Part shown: positions 47,126 to 56,489 of the stretch, piece by piece
Layout of the letters: every line of letters starts with the position of its first letter
How positions within the stretch are numbered: position 1 is the stretch's first letter
IMG/VR virus record: IMGVR_UViG_3300024268_000001
Source: a virus
Taxonomy: Duplodnaviria > Heunggongvirae > Uroviricota > Caudoviricetes
Length of the DNA: 64,000 nt
Reading direction: 5' to 3' (one strand)
Notes under the pieces: generated by a model
Told to the model about the DNA's origin: nothing
The model's input: only the letters and a program-made list of their open reading frames with translations
The model's database searches: none
Made by a program: the position numbers and the translations under genes

Positions 47126-47509
47126 ATGAGGTTATTACTAAACATTGAACAGATTGCAAAAGAACTTGGACTTGAATGCTGGAACGAATCCGGTTTTGTC
47201 AATGTCCGAATCGGTATGGCTGACTGGGATGGGACAGGTATCGAAACCGACATGGTTATAAAATACTATCATGGACCATATACCGACGAATGGGGTCATA
47301 CCGCGATGAAACGTGAAGAATTCCAGTTGATAACTAGACAACTATTCCCCGGGTCTATATCTTTAAACTACATAGACAACGATGACAAGCTTTTTTCGTT
47401 CTTGGCTGGGTTTATATTGGTCAAGAATGATATTGGCTCATGGAGAAAAAACTACATAACTGCCCAATATAACCGGGAAATGGAAGCGATGCTGGCGGTC
47501 CTGAGCTAA
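47126..47509 (+). CDS. hypothetical protein, C-terminal-tail family
   Basis: Start moved to ATG 47126, 6 nt after TATATT; ends AMLAVLS. Confidence 0.75.
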   Translation: MRLLLNIEQIAKELGLECWNESGFVNVRIGMADWDGTGIETDMVIKYYHGPYTDEWGHTAMKREEFQLITRQLFPGSISLNYIDNDDKLFSFLAGFILVKNDIGSWRKNYITAQYNREMEAMLAVLS

Positions 47510-47563
47510 AAATTCTCTTCCGTTCCTGTTTACATCTTCCGAATATTTACCTATATTATAAGC

Positions 47564-47908
47564 ATGGAAGCAAAAGTAAGTTCTTTAACAAATGCACAGG
47601 TCAAACAGTTACGTGCAGAAGGTATATTGGATTCGGAAGGTGCATATAACCTGCCTACTTCATCGTTTTTTGAAGCACTTACTGTAAACAATATGCTTTG
47701 GGAGTATAAGGAAAGCGAGTTTGACAGTTGTTATCTAAAAAACGGTAGACTAGAGTGTAAGTTTGAGCCTGGCTCAGTACCTGTCGTTAAAAGTAGCCGT
47801 AAAGAGTTGTATAATTATGCGGTAACTGTGCATAAGAGGCTTTGGTCCATTTATAATAAGCTTCGCAACAAGGAACTGTTGGACATGATTGATAAGAACC
47901 TGGGATAA
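47564..47908 (+). CDS. hypothetical protein, C-terminal-tail family
   Basis: Leaderless-type start; ends MIDKNLG. Confidence 0.75.
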   Translation: MEAKVSSLTNAQVKQLRAEGILDSEGAYNLPTSSFFEALTVNNMLWEYKESEFDSCYLKNGRLECKFEPGSVPVVKSSRKELYNYAVTVHKRLWSIYNKLRNKELLDMIDKNLG

Positions 47909-47988
47909 TCCGTAATAAAATTTCCTTTGGTTTGAGTTTACAACTTCCGACTATTTAACTATATTTAGAACATAAACAAGAGGTTATA

Positions 47989-48483
47989 ATGTTTATCGAA
48001 TTCTTCAAAAGATTTTTGCCCGGTGTTAAATCGTTCCATGACATGGTGCAGGACAGGAAAAATTATATCGATGCGCTCCGTAGAACTACACCGTCGATTT
48101 TAAGAAAGAGTCTAAACCATGTAACAGACCGTAAGTTTATGAAAGATCTCTTGAGACGTCTGTATTGTTATAAGGACCATTCTGTTCGTTATCGGATTGT
48201 CTTTACAGATAACCTCACTTATGGTGGTAGTCTCAAAACCATTTTTAATATAAACAAGAATTTTGGCCTTGCATTTGACGAATCTGAAATCAGGTTCTAT
48301 TTCAACAACGATTTACAACTTGCCGATTACGACTATGAAACAACGATAAAGGAAACGCTTGACCAAATCTTAAGTCCTTATGACCTTATGGTTATACAGG
48401 ATGACTACCATAGAAATATAATAACTCCTGTCAGCGATGCCGATAAGGAACTTGCGACCTATTGTCGTAATGCCTGGGACTAA
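47989..48483 (+). CDS. hypothetical protein
   Basis: 164 aa; own promoter and SD. Confidence 0.75.
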   Translation: MFIEFFKRFLPGVKSFHDMVQDRKNYIDALRRTTPSILRKSLNHVTDRKFMKDLLRRLYCYKDHSVRYRIVFTDNLTYGGSLKTIFNINKNFGLAFDESEIRFYFNNDLQLADYDYETTIKETLDQILSPYDLMVIQDDYHRNIITPVSDADKELATYCRNAWD

Positions 48484-48561
48484 TCGAAAAGAATTTTAGA
48501 AAAGATTTGGCTTACAACTTCTAAATCTTTTTCTATATTAAGAATATCAAAAGAGGAATAA

Positions 48562-49452
48562 ATGATTAAATACAAAACCATCCACGTCGACACCACTTCC
48601 CTTGACAACATCTTCAAGAATGTTCTCGACCTTCACAAGAAGGTAAGCGACATCAAGTGCCCGACGCTCCAGTGTCCGCAACCTGATACTCCGGAAGTCA
48701 AAAAGTACCAAGAAGACCGAGCAAAGGCGACAGTCAAAGTCAGACTGGAACAGGTCAAATACATGAAGGAATTCTTCAAGCTGTTCAAGGACCGTTACAT
48801 CAAGCTGTGCTGGCAGGGACAGAAGGCAAGGTATTACCATATCGGTGACGTGAACATTAAGGCTGTGCCGAAGAAAAAGATTGACCAATGTACTTGGTGG
48901 GAACAGACGTTCGCGATTGACGAAAACAAAACCTACTTGGCGACATCTTCCAATACTGTGTCTTTGTCCACAAGCTTTGTCGATGCGTATGTTCGTGGTT
49001 CCAGAGTCCCGGGTGGTTTCCCGTTCAGTGAATACAACACCATGTACATTACGGAAATTACCAAGAAGGAATTCGCCGCCATCGACAAGACTGCACTTCC
49101 CGAAGGCATTAACCATAACGTATCGTGTGCCATCAGCCCGTGGGTAATGAAAAATGGCGGTAACATTACCGACCGTGCCGAATTGAAACGTCTTGAACTT
49201 GAAATTACGCTCGCCAACAAGCAGCTTGCTTTGGTCAAGGAACGTAAGAACAACTTCTGCATCCGTCAAAACCAGGTCGAAACGATTAAGAAGGCACCAA
49301 AGGAAGTAAAGACTGCGTTCAAGTATGCGTTCAAGGACCAGATTGAAAAGTCTGACCACAAGATTGAACTTCTTGAAAAACAGATCGCGAAGTACAAGGA
49401 CGAACTTAAAAATAAAACCTATCTTGATAAGGTTGACAAGAAAAAGAAATAA
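48562..49452 (+). CDS. hypothetical coiled-coil protein
   Basis: 296 aa; hairpin promoter at 48498-48539. Confidence 0.8.
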   Translation: MIKYKTIHVDTTSLDNIFKNVLDLHKKVSDIKCPTLQCPQPDTPEVKKYQEDRAKATVKVRLEQVKYMKEFFKLFKDRYIKLCWQGQKARYYHIGDVNIKAVPKKKIDQCTWWEQTFAIDENKTYLATSSNTVSLSTSFVDAYVRGSRVPGGFPFSEYNTMYITEITKKEFAAIDKTALPEGINHNVSCAISPWVMKNGGNITDRAELKRLELEITLANKQLALVKERKNNFCIRQNQVETIKKAPKEVKTAFKYAFKDQIEKSDHKIELLEKQIAKYKDELKNKTYLDKVDKKKK

Positions 49453-49470
49453 AGCTATATTGATAGCGTT

Positions 49471-49544
49471 GGATGGATAGCTCAATCGGTTAGAGCTCCG
49501 GACTCATAACCCGTAGGTTCTCGGTTCAAGTCCGAGTCCATCCA
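49471..49544 (+). tRNA. tRNA with CAT anticodon (elongator Met or Ile2), CCA not encoded
   Basis: GGATGGA/TCCATCC acceptor stem, GCTC/GAGC D-stem, CTCATAA loop, CTCGG-TTCAAGT-CCGAG. Confidence 0.88.
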
Positions 49545-49551
49545 TGAAAGC

Positions 49552-49624
49552 CTTCAGGTAACACTGAAGGTTTTTTCTTTATATAATCGGTTTACAACTT
49601 CTAAGTATTTAACTATATTTAGAA
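49552..49624 (+). repeat. 73-bp direct repeat, copy 1 (terminator + promoter)
   Basis: Identical to 50375-50447. Confidence 0.95.
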
Positions 49625-49644
49625 CATAAACAAGAGGTTATTAA

Positions 49645-50340
49645 ATGATAGATATAATTATTGGTTCTGCTATTAGTGCTGCAATCGCTGCTCCTGATAT
49701 GGGTTCTGTATATTATACAATTAAAAATCTTGAAAGCCGTATAACAGAATCTATAAGAACTATACAAGGTCAATTGGATATTATTAAAGCATTACAAATA
49801 CTTACAATTTATGGTGCAGTAAAAGATGCTACCGGTAATATTGTATATACTGCTGAAGATAACAGTAAAATTGAATATAATATTGAACATAATGATATTC
49901 GTTGTTATTTATCAACGGGTGAATTGTTTTCAATAAACGGAGTAAAACAAATAGTTTTTAAAGAATTTTCTGCAAATGATGGAAGCATATTTACAATAGG
50001 TTTTTGTGATGATTTTGTTGTTATAATCGCAAAAGATAAAAAAGTAATTGACATTCCAACATATTTGCCAAGAGATGAACATTTAATTGAGAAACATTGG
50101 TATAATAAGAAAAAGCGTTATAATTATTTGATAAATATACGACAAAAGCGATTATTAAATAATAATACCGTTAAAAATTTTTTAAATAAATATCCGGAAA
50201 TTATACCATATTACAATAAATGGATATTTAACATATATGATAAAACGTTGTTTCGAGCATTTATTGCATCACGGCTGCATGGTAATATTTCAACGTCTGC
50301 ATATAATCATGTTATGTATCTGTATAATCGAAATCGATGA
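49645..50340 (+). CDS. AT-rich hypothetical protein between the 73-bp repeats
   Basis: 231 aa; A/T-ending codons, unlike its neighbours. Confidence 0.7.
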   Translation: MIDIIIGSAISAAIAAPDMGSVYYTIKNLESRITESIRTIQGQLDIIKALQILTIYGAVKDATGNIVYTAEDNSKIEYNIEHNDIRCYLSTGELFSINGVKQIVFKEFSANDGSIFTIGFCDDFVVIIAKDKKVIDIPTYLPRDEHLIEKHWYNKKKRYNYLINIRQKRLLNNNTVKNFLNKYPEIIPYYNKWIFNIYDKTLFRAFIASRLHGNISTSAYNHVMYLYNRNR

Positions 50341-50374
50341 GATGATTTAAATAATATTTGATATTTTTCGCAAT

Positions 50375-50447
50375 CTTCAGGTAACACTGAAGGTTTTTTC
50401 TTTATATAATCGGTTTACAACTTCTAAGTATTTAACTATATTTAGAA
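50375..50447 (+). repeat. 73-bp direct repeat, copy 2
   Basis: Identical to 49552-49624. Confidence 0.95.
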
Positions 50448-50448
50448 T

Positions 50449-50769
50449 ATGATAACGTTAAAGCTAAGATATGATAAGACAGTTTCGTTGAATTCTCGAG
50501 TTTGTGACATAGAGAATATATCGATGGCGTTCAGTAGGGTACTGGACGAAGGGTATATCAATGTGACAAAGAAATGTGTCCCACCGATACAGATATATAC
50601 GCCGCGAAACGTGGACCAACGGATTACATTTTACGATTCCGGACGGAAGATGAAGGAATTTGTTTTGCCGGCGAATTCGGGCGTAAAAACGTTAATTAAC
50701 ATGTGCGAACAGGTTAAAATGTTCAACGAGTACGCGAAGACAATCACTGCGATAGACAATCTGAAATAA
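50449..50769 (+). CDS. hypothetical protein, C-terminal-tail family
   Basis: Leaderless-type start; ends TAIDNLK. Confidence 0.75.
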   Translation: MITLKLRYDKTVSLNSRVCDIENISMAFSRVLDEGYINVTKKCVPPIQIYTPRNVDQRITFYDSGRKMKEFVLPANSGVKTLINMCEQVKMFNEYAKTITAIDNLK

Positions 50770-50843
50770 AATATTAAACAGGTTTTATTTACAACATTTG
50801 AATATTTAACTATATTTAGAACATAAACAAGAGGTTATTAAGT

Positions 50844-51293
50844 ATGAGACCAATAGAATTTGCAATGGTTATGAAGAATTTTCCGTATAATAATCAAACG
50901 ATGATTATCCGTAAGCAGCCAAAACTTCACGGTATTGGTATCTGCACGGCCATTCAGGACTATGCCAAGGCTAACAACGTTGAATGTGTGGTAATCAATT
51001 TGGCCACATGCGATGACTTCTTCCTCCATGAACTTGACGCATTAATAACGTTCCGCCAGGGAAAGAACTTCGTCTGTGTGTTTGATTTCACCACTGGATG
51101 TGGTAAGCCGGACAGTTCGCTCAAGGAACATCTCATGCAACTGTTGATTCATCGCGAACATAATGGCTTTAAGATTCCATATAACGTGAAGGTTGTTATC
51201 TATGACAACATCCTTGAAGAAAAAGAATACGAACGGATTAACTTTGACGTTGCTATGATGGACAAATGTTTCGTCTGTAAGATTGAAGAATAA
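50844..51293 (+). CDS. catalytically dead MoxR-like AAA domain (paralog of 36140)
   Basis: HGIGIC for HGIGKT, VFDF for LLDE, LMQL...KIP, DVAMMDKCF for DAAQLDRF. Confidence 0.6.
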   Translation: MRPIEFAMVMKNFPYNNQTMIIRKQPKLHGIGICTAIQDYAKANNVECVVINLATCDDFFLHELDALITFRQGKNFVCVFDFTTGCGKPDSSLKEHLMQLLIHREHNGFKIPYNVKVVIYDNILEEKEYERINFDVAMMDKCFVCKIEE

Positions 51294-51344
51294 AACCTTT
51301 ATGGTTTTATTTACAGCTTCTGGATATTTAACTATATTTAGAAC

Positions 51345-51887
51345 ATGAAAAAGAAATACGAATTTACGGAAATTACCGTTAACGATGCCGGATTCATCAT
51401 GCATCAAATCCGAGCGCTCAAAGACTTCGATGACGTGAAAGCTGGTGACCTTGGCGGCTTTATCCTTAACGAAAGCAATCTGTCTCACAAGGGTAATTGC
51501 TGGGTCTATCCTGGTTCTTTCATCGGAAACAAGGCCAGAGTGACCGGCAATGCAAAGGTAAAAGGCAATAGTGTTGTTCGTAATACGGCCAGGGTTTATG
51601 AAAATGCGGTCATTGACAACGGTGCGGATATTTACACCGCGGCTAGGATTCATGGCAATGCCTATGTTGGCGGTCAGTTAGAAGTTAACCGTTCAGAAAT
51701 CTGTGGTGATGCTCATGTAGAAGGTCATGGTATCGGTTGCCATATCTCAGGGCAGACAGTTATCCGTGACAATGCACATGTATACCTTGAAGAAATGTCC
51801 ATCTATGGAAAGATTATCAAGGACAATGAAAAAGTTGTTAAGATTAAATCACATAAAGAAACGATGGAAGCCCTTGCCAAGCTGTAA
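51345..51887 (+). CDS. hexapeptide-repeat (left-handed beta-helix-like) phage protein
   Basis: RALKDF..VKAGDLGGFI..NLSH.GNCWV then ARVTGN/AKVKGN/ARVYEN repeats; ends MEALAKL. Confidence 0.8.
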   Translation: MKKKYEFTEITVNDAGFIMHQIRALKDFDDVKAGDLGGFILNESNLSHKGNCWVYPGSFIGNKARVTGNAKVKGNSVVRNTARVYENAVIDNGADIYTAARIHGNAYVGGQLEVNRSEICGDAHVEGHGIGCHISGQTVIRDNAHVYLEEMSIYGKIIKDNEKVVKIKSHKETMEALAKL

Positions 51888-51961
51888 CAAAAATCTATTC
51901 AATAAAGGTGTACAAGTTCTAAGTATTTAACTATATTTAGAACATAACCAAGAGGTATTAA

Positions 51962-52945
51962 ATGAGCGAAAATAAAGAAAACAAAACCGAAAACAGCATG
52001 CCGAATGTCAAGAATATCAAGAAGTATTTGCCGAAGTTGCTTAAATCGGTAATCGGATTCGATAAAATCAAAGATGTGGTTAAAGATTCGAGCGGCAAGA
52101 CTGTTCAGGTCAACACATCGAGCAGCACGTTTAATTATCCGAATTCATTCTATACAGGATATAACGACAAGGGTGAAGCTGTCGCCGTCTTGAAACAAGG
52201 TACGGACTGCGACAAGAAGCCTTTTACTTATGTTCAATGGGATGACCCTGCCGGCAAACATCATTTCAGTATCGGGGCGGTCGGGTATGATTTGACAATA
52301 CGTCCTAACATTCCCGAACCAGTCTTGAGCGATTTCAAAGAAGACTTTGCTGTCGAAGTTCATAACAATGACCGTAAGCAGACCCCGGATGTCAAGGTTC
52401 GTGATTTCAAGGGACGACTCGTCTTTAGCCAGACCGAAAAGGGTGACTATACCACTTATACGTATTTGCGGAATACTAAAGCGGTCACGGACTATTCGAA
52501 AACCGAATATAATACTAAGTTGAATAAAGAAAGCAGTGGCATCAAGGAATATTATGCGACGCAGACTGTGGTTCATTACGAATACAAGGCGACCGATCCT
52601 TACTATTGCAGTAACATCATCCCGAAGTATGCTTGCGAAACGGAAAACGGTGTTCTCGTCAAGGAATTTTTCATTGAAGAAGATGCAGTCGGCGGGTTTG
52701 TGCATGTTATCGACTACAAGAATAATGAAGAATGGTGGACTGAACGTGACTATCACTACAAATATCCGGAACAGGGTTGTGCACATCCGTCACATTTGTA
52801 TATGGAAGGCGCACAGAAGTTCAAGAGCCGCGAAGAATACGATCTCTATCGAGGTAAAAAAATTGACGATATGAAAGTAAAGGAAAAGGCACGAGAAATG
52901 ATGATGGCCCATCCCATGAGAATGTGCGGCCCTTGGTTCGGTTAA
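51962..52945 (+). CDS. hypothetical protein (327 aa)
   Basis: Own promoter and SD. Confidence 0.8.
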   Translation: MSENKENKTENSMPNVKNIKKYLPKLLKSVIGFDKIKDVVKDSSGKTVQVNTSSSTFNYPNSFYTGYNDKGEAVAVLKQGTDCDKKPFTYVQWDDPAGKHHFSIGAVGYDLTIRPNIPEPVLSDFKEDFAVEVHNNDRKQTPDVKVRDFKGRLVFSQTEKGDYTTYTYLRNTKAVTDYSKTEYNTKLNKESSGIKEYYATQTVVHYEYKATDPYYCSNIIPKYACETENGVLVKEFFIEEDAVGGFVHVIDYKNNEEWWTERDYHYKYPEQGCAHPSHLYMEGAQKFKSREEYDLYRGKKIDDMKVKEKAREMMMAHPMRMCGPWFG

Positions 52946-52967
52946 GCATATCTGAAGAAAAATAATT

Positions 52968-53007
52968 AAGACTAGAAGCTTACAACTTCTGGTCTTTTTT
53001 CTATATT
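52968..53007 (+). promoter_or_regulatory. hairpin-enclosed promoter
   Basis: AAGACTAGAAG-CTTACAA-CTTCTGGTCTT; TATATT 53002-53007. Confidence 0.85.
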
Positions 53008-53035
53008 AAGAATATAAACAAGAGGTAACAAACAA

Positions 53036-53710
53036 ATGATTAACAATGAAACTATCGCTAAGGTCAATGAACAGTTCAACGATGCACTCCGTATGACAAA
53101 GGAAATGAATCACGTTTGTAAAAATGCGGACAACGTGATGTGTACAATGAACACTATTCGCCGTAAATTCGAAGAATATTGTAACATCTATGATGAACTT
53201 ACTTCGAAGCATGCAAAGAACTGCACAAGACTCATCGAAACGCAGGCTAGCCTTGCAAAGTTCATTGAAGGACCGGCTGAAGACCGTATTAAGGCCCTTG
53301 CAGAAGAATACAATTCGACTTCCGGCCCGAAGTATTCGCTTCTGTATGCATCGAACTATGTGGACCTTAAAAACGAACAGACTGAACTCGAAAAAGAAAT
53401 CGTCAAGTACGAAACTGCGGCGAATGCCAAAGTAATGCTCATTGATAGCTGTCACTACGCTATCAAGAACTTGTATGTGAAGTTCCAGAACTCTATGGCC
53501 GAAGCCATCCGACAGAAAGAAGCAGTACAGAAGGAACAGGCAAAGAAGCGTATCACGGTGTTTATCGACAACAGCTGGCCGATGAGTCCTCGTCAAATCC
53601 AGCAGGCAATCGATACTCTCACCGCATTCGTAAAGGTTCAGGGTGAAGGTGATGGCCCTATCGAAAAGGGAATCGAAGGACTCAAAGCTTTGAAGAAAGG
53701 CGTCGAATAA
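53036..53710 (+). CDS. coiled-coil protein with a vWA-like C-terminal fragment
   Basis: ITVFIDNSWPMSPRQIQQAI resembles VLFAIDCSGSMAESEIERG of 33868. Confidence 0.7.
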   Translation: MINNETIAKVNEQFNDALRMTKEMNHVCKNADNVMCTMNTIRRKFEEYCNIYDELTSKHAKNCTRLIETQASLAKFIEGPAEDRIKALAEEYNSTSGPKYSLLYASNYVDLKNEQTELEKEIVKYETAANAKVMLIDSCHYAIKNLYVKFQNSMAEAIRQKEAVQKEQAKKRITVFIDNSWPMSPRQIQQAIDTLTAFVKVQGEGDGPIEKGIEGLKALKKGVE

Positions 53711-53849
53711 GACATCATGGACAATACCAAATGTGTCCAGGACGGTATGTACTTCAAACTGAAGGTTGTCGAATAAAAAATTCTAATCTTTCTTTGCTTA
53801 CGATATAGGATTAAATTCCTATATTATAAGCATACAAGAGAGGTTAACA

Positions 53850-54176
53850 ATGAAAACAATTCTATTCCACGCACTTGACCAGTTTGAAATGCAGGGCATC
53901 GCCAAGATGATTAAAGATCTCAACGGCGAACTGTTCAAGATTTGCTGGTACGAAGAAGAAAGAGTAATCCGTCTTGACGAATTCGACCATGCTTTCGTGG
54001 TAAGGACCGAAGATAACGAGGTGATTATGGCTATCCCGCGAGGACCTGACAATCTCGTTAACCGTCCGATTACTGACTTGTTCAAGCCTGACGTTACGCT
54101 TGGATGGCTGTATGCGGTCTGTTCTCTGCCGTGCATTTTTCTTAAGGGTTTTGACAAAACAAAGGAAAGAGGTTAA
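53850..54176 (+). CDS. hypothetical protein
   Basis: 108 aa; own promoter and SD. Confidence 0.75.
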   Translation: MKTILFHALDQFEMQGIAKMIKDLNGELFKICWYEEERVIRLDEFDHAFVVRTEDNEVIMAIPRGPDNLVNRPITDLFKPDVTLGWLYAVCSLPCIFLKGFDKTKERG

Positions 54177-54277
54177 ATGAAGGCGAAACTGAATTAAAAT
54201 TCTTTACTAATTTCATTTACCAAACCAACAAAAATTTCTAAATTATAAATGTAACAATTAACAAAGAGGTACAAAAC

Positions 54278-54700
54278 ATGATTAAATTCATCGGAACAAT
54301 TCTTTTTATCATCTTGCTCGCCATCGGAGGTTACGCGGTCTATCGCGGGCTCACTGGTGACAACGACAATGCTGACAAGGTTGCGTCGAAGGCGAGCGAA
54401 CTGGTCTCTTCCGTGGCCGACACGTTCTCTGACGGAGCCAAGGACATTGCCAACGATGCCAAGAGCCTAGGGGCTGAAGCGACAGATTCAGTAAAGTCAG
54501 CGGTACTAAGGGCTGGTGATTCAGTTAAGTCCGCGACACTACGAACAGTCGATTCTGTTAAGGATGGTACATCAAGGGCAGTCGATTCAGCTAAGTCTGG
54601 TGTTGCGTCAAGGATTGGTGACATAAGGGAAGCGAATAAGAAGAAATTTAACGAAGCCAAGAATGCCGCAAAAGACAAGATTGATTCGCTAAGGAAATGA
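54278..54700 (+). CDS. membrane-anchored protein with 11-residue amphipathic repeats
   Basis: N-terminal TM FIGTILFIILLAIGGYAVY; xxDSVKSxxxR repeats. Confidence 0.8.
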   Translation: MIKFIGTILFIILLAIGGYAVYRGLTGDNDNADKVASKASELVSSVADTFSDGAKDIANDAKSLGAEATDSVKSAVLRAGDSVKSATLRTVDSVKDGTSRAVDSAKSGVASRIGDIREANKKKFNEAKNAAKDKIDSLRK

Positions 54701-54803
54701 CGATGGATGGACGCACGGCAGAACGAACCGTGCAGGAAAGACGAGAGTAAAATCTCGTCTTTTTCTTATTTAAAATTACTTCTAAATTTTCTATATTATA
54801 ATC

Positions 54804-55217
54804 ATGAGCGTAATTCTTAAAATCGAATGGTTAAATCGTTATACGAATAACTGCGGGCCGACAGGTTCCGTACAGGGTTCGTTCCAGGCCGGATTAAAGT
54901 TTATCAAGGCGGAAATGGAATGGTTTGGCGTAGATATAAAAGAAATGACAAAACCCGACGATTACTCAAGTTATGTTGCAAGACATGTTAGGTTCGCGGA
55001 ACCGGCTGTAATGACCGGACCTCCACACCAAGAAAGCGGTGAATATGACCAAAGGCTCACCATATTCGACCACATGACCGGTGAAGTATTCTATAAGGCT
55101 GAGATGCTGGCAAGAAACTATAAACCCGGTTCCAATGAACCGTTTGAACTGTACAGAGAAGTAATCTATAACATAATGAAATATAAGGCGGTCATACCTA
55201 TTGTTGAAAACCTGTAA
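54804..55217 (+). CDS. hypothetical protein, paralog of 62104
   Basis: MSVILKIEWL..., DQRLTIFD...GEVFYK, ends VENL. Confidence 0.8.
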   Translation: MSVILKIEWLNRYTNNCGPTGSVQGSFQAGLKFIKAEMEWFGVDIKEMTKPDDYSSYVARHVRFAEPAVMTGPPHQESGEYDQRLTIFDHMTGEVFYKAEMLARNYKPGSNEPFELYREVIYNIMKYKAVIPIVENL

Positions 55218-55315
55218 TAAAATTTTAAAATCTTTTTGTTGACACAACATCTGAATTTTTCTATATTTAAACATGTGGTTGAATGGTTCAACTACTTAAA
55301 ATAACTGAGGTTAAT

Positions 55316-55603
55316 ATGAATTCTCGTGAAGTTCTCCAGACTTATGCTCCGATGTACAAGGATCTCTCCGATGCCGCACTCTTCCACAAGCTGAGCGACA
55401 TTGCATACCGTCAGATTGGACACGGAATGAGTCACGAATACTGGAAGAAGACCTGGGGAGCCAAGGGCTATATCAAGCCGAACAACATCCGCGAACATAT
55501 CGAAAACGCGATCGCCGAAGACAAGAACTATAGCGATGCCGCAATGGCTGCTGGTCTCAAGCGTTATCGTAACCGACAGGCCCAGGAACTTGTTCTCGGG
55601 TAG
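55316..55603 (+). CDS. hypothetical protein
   Basis: Start moved to ATG 55316 after GAGG. Confidence 0.75.
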   Translation: MNSREVLQTYAPMYKDLSDAALFHKLSDIAYRQIGHGMSHEYWKKTWGAKGYIKPNNIREHIENAIAEDKNYSDAAMAAGLKRYRNRQAQELVLG

Positions 55604-55613
55604 TTCGTAAATA

Positions 55614-55661
55614 AAAAATCCAGATTAAATGGTTTACATTTGGTCTGGATTTTTCTATATT
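55614..55661 (+). promoter_or_regulatory. hairpin-enclosed promoter
   Basis: AAAAATCCAGA..AAATG / CATTT..TCTGGATTTTT; TTTACA 55633-55638; TATATT 55656-55661. Confidence 0.85.
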
Positions 55662-55684
55662 ATGAATATACAAGAGAGGTTAAT

Positions 55685-56002
55685 ATGAGTCTTCAAGAAA
55701 AGCTTAAGAACTATGCAAACGACATTATCGCCTATTCGAAGATGAGACGAGATCGCCAGTCCAACGTCATCATGCTCAATAACCTGTACAACAGACTGTG
55801 TGCCAACTGGGGAAACGTTATCCCTGACTTGATGATTAACAAGATGCTTGACAACAAGGCGGATGGCGAAGACGTTCTCAATGCGTTGATTGTGAGGGAA
55901 AATAACCAGGCGATTGAAATGAGTGTCGAACTCTTCACCAAAATCTACGAGAACAACGGTGAACAAGCGTTTAAGTGTGTCCTCTGTGTTACCGAAGGAT
56001 AA
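55685..56002 (+). CDS. hypothetical protein
   Basis: Start moved to ATG 55685. Confidence 0.75.
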   Translation: MSLQEKLKNYANDIIAYSKMRRDRQSNVIMLNNLYNRLCANWGNVIPDLMINKMLDNKADGEDVLNALIVRENNQAIEMSVELFTKIYENNGEQAFKCVLCVTEG

Positions 56003-56068
56003 AATCTAACTAATTCCATTTACAAAACATTTGGAATTAGCTATATTTAAATCAAACAAGAGGTTAAC

Positions 56069-56416
56069 ATGGTAAATAAACGTTGTGTACGAATCTTCTT
56101 CATTCCCGACCCGCATCAGCGCGTTCCCGACGACATTTACAACTATTTGGAAGACAATAAGATTGTCTGGCCGGATAATGGCCTTCCGTATATCCAATCT
56201 GAATCCGGAAACTCAAGACTTTACTTCAAGAGTAGCGAGGCTATCCGTTACGGGTTCGCGAAGAACAGTGAAGATGCGGAAAAGAACATTTTCTATGCGA
56301 AGGGTTTTCTCAATACCGATGAAGGAATCATCGAATTCTGTCATCTCTTCGACAAGGAAAAGTACGCCGACAAGCTTGATAAGACTTTGGAGGTTTTGCC
56401 TACTGTAAATCCGTGA
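56069..56416 (+). CDS. hypothetical protein, C-terminal-tail family
   Basis: DKLDKTLEVLP matches the KTLEVLG tail of genes at 105-1097. Confidence 0.75.
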   Translation: MVNKRCVRIFFIPDPHQRVPDDIYNYLEDNKIVWPDNGLPYIQSESGNSRLYFKSSEAIRYGFAKNSEDAEKNIFYAKGFLNTDEGIIEFCHLFDKEKYADKLDKTLEVLPTVNP

Positions 56417-56489
56417 ATAATTTCCCAGTCTTTTTCACTTACAAAAAGTTCGGAATTAACTATATTTGAAATATACAAGAGAGGTTACA

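Noticed and set aside
53711-53777. Read-through of the TAA at 53708-53710 into DIMDNTKCVQ...KVVE
   Set aside because: The frame is open but no paralog supports the extension, unlike at 26168.
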